Part shown: one piece after another, positions 38,038 through 39,552 of the stretch
Layout: the number at the start of each line of letters is the position of its first letter
How positions within the stretch are numbered: the first letter of the stretch is position 1
NCBI GenBank assembly: GCA_963726745.1
Contig: CAVSDR010000001.1
Coordinates: 1-39,552, forward strand
From: an uncultured Verrucomicrobiae bacterium
GTDB lineage: Bacteria > Verrucomicrobiota > Verrucomicrobiia > Chthoniobacterales > UBA10450
Reading direction: 5' to 3'
Length of the DNA stretch: 39,552 nt
Position numbers and translations under genes: made by a program
The notes under the pieces: generated by a model
The model's input: only the letters and a program-made list of their open reading frames with translations
Database searches by the model: none
Told to the model about the DNA's origin: nothing

Positions 38038-39523
38038 GTTTTCCCTGTGCCTGCGTCTCCAGGATTTTGCCGACAAATTGCGCGAGCGCGCCCGCGTCGA
38101 AAGCGCCCGGCATCCGGATCACCTCCGCCTCATGCGTGCGGAAGGCGGCCTTCCCCGGCGTCTCCGGCGGGCCGAGGACAATCGCCTGAAACTGCAACGG
38201 ACGAGTGCGGAACGCGGCCGCCTTTTGCAGATCGCGCCGCTTCGTCCGCAGCCAGATTTCGCTCGCGGTGCCTTGGTAAATCACGACCGCATCGCAAGTG
38301 CTCAGGTTCTCTTTATGATCTTCGCGCACCTGCGCTTCCTCGCCTTCGGTCGCGGGCAGGATCGTCTCCAGGCCCGCGGCAAAAAGGTGATCGGCCAGCG
38401 GCGCCACCGCCGCCGCATCCGCTGGGTCGCAGATCAGGTAAACTCGCGGCGGGCTGGTCTCGTTAGGCAGCACTTTCTCCGGCGCCGGGCGCTGCAGCGC
38501 GGCCAGGGTTTCGCCCACACACGTCTTGAGCTTGTCGAGCGAGCCTTCGATAAATTCGACTCCGCTCTGCGCCGCCGGATCGGACTTCAAATACTCGAGA
38601 AACTTCTGCTGCCGCTCGTCCGCCGGTTCCAATCCCGGCGGCAGCCAGACGATGCGCGCGCCGCCGCGCTGCACCGCAAACTCATTTTGCAGGTCCACGA
38701 TTGAGCGCTCCTCCCGCTCTGGGATAAGGCCGTAATTCTGCCCGATGAGATGAATCGAAAGCTGCGTGCGCGCGAGGTCGGCCTCGACCGCGGCGGTGAA
38801 ATCGGCCGCGGCGATCAGCGGCTTATTCGGCAGGATGGTGCAGCCGCGTTCCTGGAGCTCGCGGCGGATGGCGTCGCGCGCGGCGTTTTGGTCGGAAGTG
38901 GTCTCCGCAAGGTAAACTACCGGTCCCGCCGCCGCCGGCACCGGCTCACCCGCTTCCCGGCGTTTCAATAACGACAGGAGCTCGGCGACGTCGTAGGCAA
39001 GGTCGCTGATTTTTTCGAGATACTTTCGCTGCGCCTCCTCGCCGAGCGCGGGATCGAATTCCCGCGGCTTGTTCGTCATCACGTCGATGCGAAAGAACTC
39101 GTAGCCGATGAAGTCCTTCACTTCCGGCGGATGGCGCTCAAGCGGGATCAGGGTTGGCAGAACTTTGAAGAGCCGCGTCTTGTCGTCTGCGACCCGTAGT
39201 CCGCCGCTCTCCTCCGCGACCGCGCAAAAGGCGCGCAGCTCCGTCAGGCAGGAGTTCGACTCGAGATAACGCGGCGAGATGATCGAGATCAGGATCGCGA
39301 CCTTCTTGATCTCGTTCCTGAGCTTGTCCCAGAGGACTTCATTCCCACCGAGCGCAATGTCCCGCCAAATCTCCGGATCCACCCCCAGCCGCCGCCGCAG
39401 ATAGACCTCCAGGGTCCGGTGAAACGACGAGACCCAACCAGGCTGCCCCTCAATCAGCGGCTCGTCATCGAAATGCGAGTAGCTAATGAAGATGTCGTCC
39501 TGGAATTTCGCGAGGTAGGCCAT
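38024..39523 (-). CDS. TIR-domain protein with two further TIR-like (DUF4062-like) domains
   Basis: DIFISYSH...IWRD...ISPRYLESNSCLTEL; second domain VYLAETTSD...LSIHLIGQNYG; third domain VYLICD...CDAVVIYQG. 3' end overlaps the STAND gene start. Confidence 0.85.
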   Translation of the reverse strand: MAYLAKFQDDIFISYSHFDDEPLIEGQPGWVSSFHRTLEVYLRRRLGVDPEIWRDIALGGNEVLWDKLRNEIKKVAILISIISPRYLESNSCLTELRAFCAVAEESGGLRVADDKTRLFKVLPTLIPLERHPPEVKDFIGYEFFRIDVMTNKPREFDPALGEEAQRKYLEKISDLAYDVAELLSLLKRREAGEPVPAAAGPVVYLAETTSDQNAARDAIRRELQERGCTILPNKPLIAAADFTAAVEADLARTQLSIHLIGQNYGLIPEREERSIVDLQNEFAVQRGGARIVWLPPGLEPADERQQKFLEYLKSDPAAQSGVEFIEGSLDKLKTCVGETLAALQRPAPEKVLPNETSPPRVYLICDPADAAAVAPLADHLFAAGLETILPATEGEEAQVREDHKENLSTCDAVVIYQGTASEIWLRTKRRDLQKAAAFRTRPLQFQAIVLGPPETPGKAAFRTHEAEVIRMPGAFDAGALAQFVGKILETQAQGKHGGA

Positions 39524-39552
39524 GGGGAAGGCTCTTTGCGCCGGATGCTAGC

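Larger units (their letters stand above)
826..38467. repeat. Dispersed over-represented octamer CCTAACGA / TCGTTAGG (25 copies counted by eye)
   Basis: Starts at 826, 8329, 9606, 11760, 13533, 14536, 14971, 15912, 17399, 17971, 18468, 18624, 19446, 21417, 25436, 25953, 27902, 30118, 31052, 31751, 32682, 34674, 35312, 37858, 38460. Confidence 0.85.

Overview
High-GC bacterial chromosome segment. Gene content, and a tandem 'xNxSTRG' C-terminal domain after a Pro-Thr linker, point to Verrucomicrobiota, probably Chthoniobacterales/Spartobacteria (inference). It is mostly core or metabolic: malQ, UvrD/PcrA helicase, ruvC, lipB, MOSC-mobA-fdhD, an ABC exporter, skp-bamA, mqnC, glpX, ada and a TCR-type MFS transporter. 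About nine genes are split by single-base frameshifts that look like sequencing or assembly indels. Highlights: (1) a 57-aa UBact ubiquitin-like modifier missing from the ORF track, translationally coupled to 20S proteasome beta and alpha genes, with no ligase, deamidase or ATPase in the window; (2) a non-palindromic octamer CCTAACGA (often GCCTAACGAG), hand-counted 25 times on both strands and in several reading frames against <1 expected, suggesting a dispersed DNA-level signal; (3) a protein with three TIR-like domains coupled to a membrane-anchored STAND-NTPase/TPR protein; (4) a 1106-aa adhesin-like protein with a ~460-bp PT repeat and no beta-barrel; (5) repeated -10-like boxes just upstream of start codons, suggesting leaderless mRNAs. 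I saw no rRNA, tRNA, CRISPR array or transposase.
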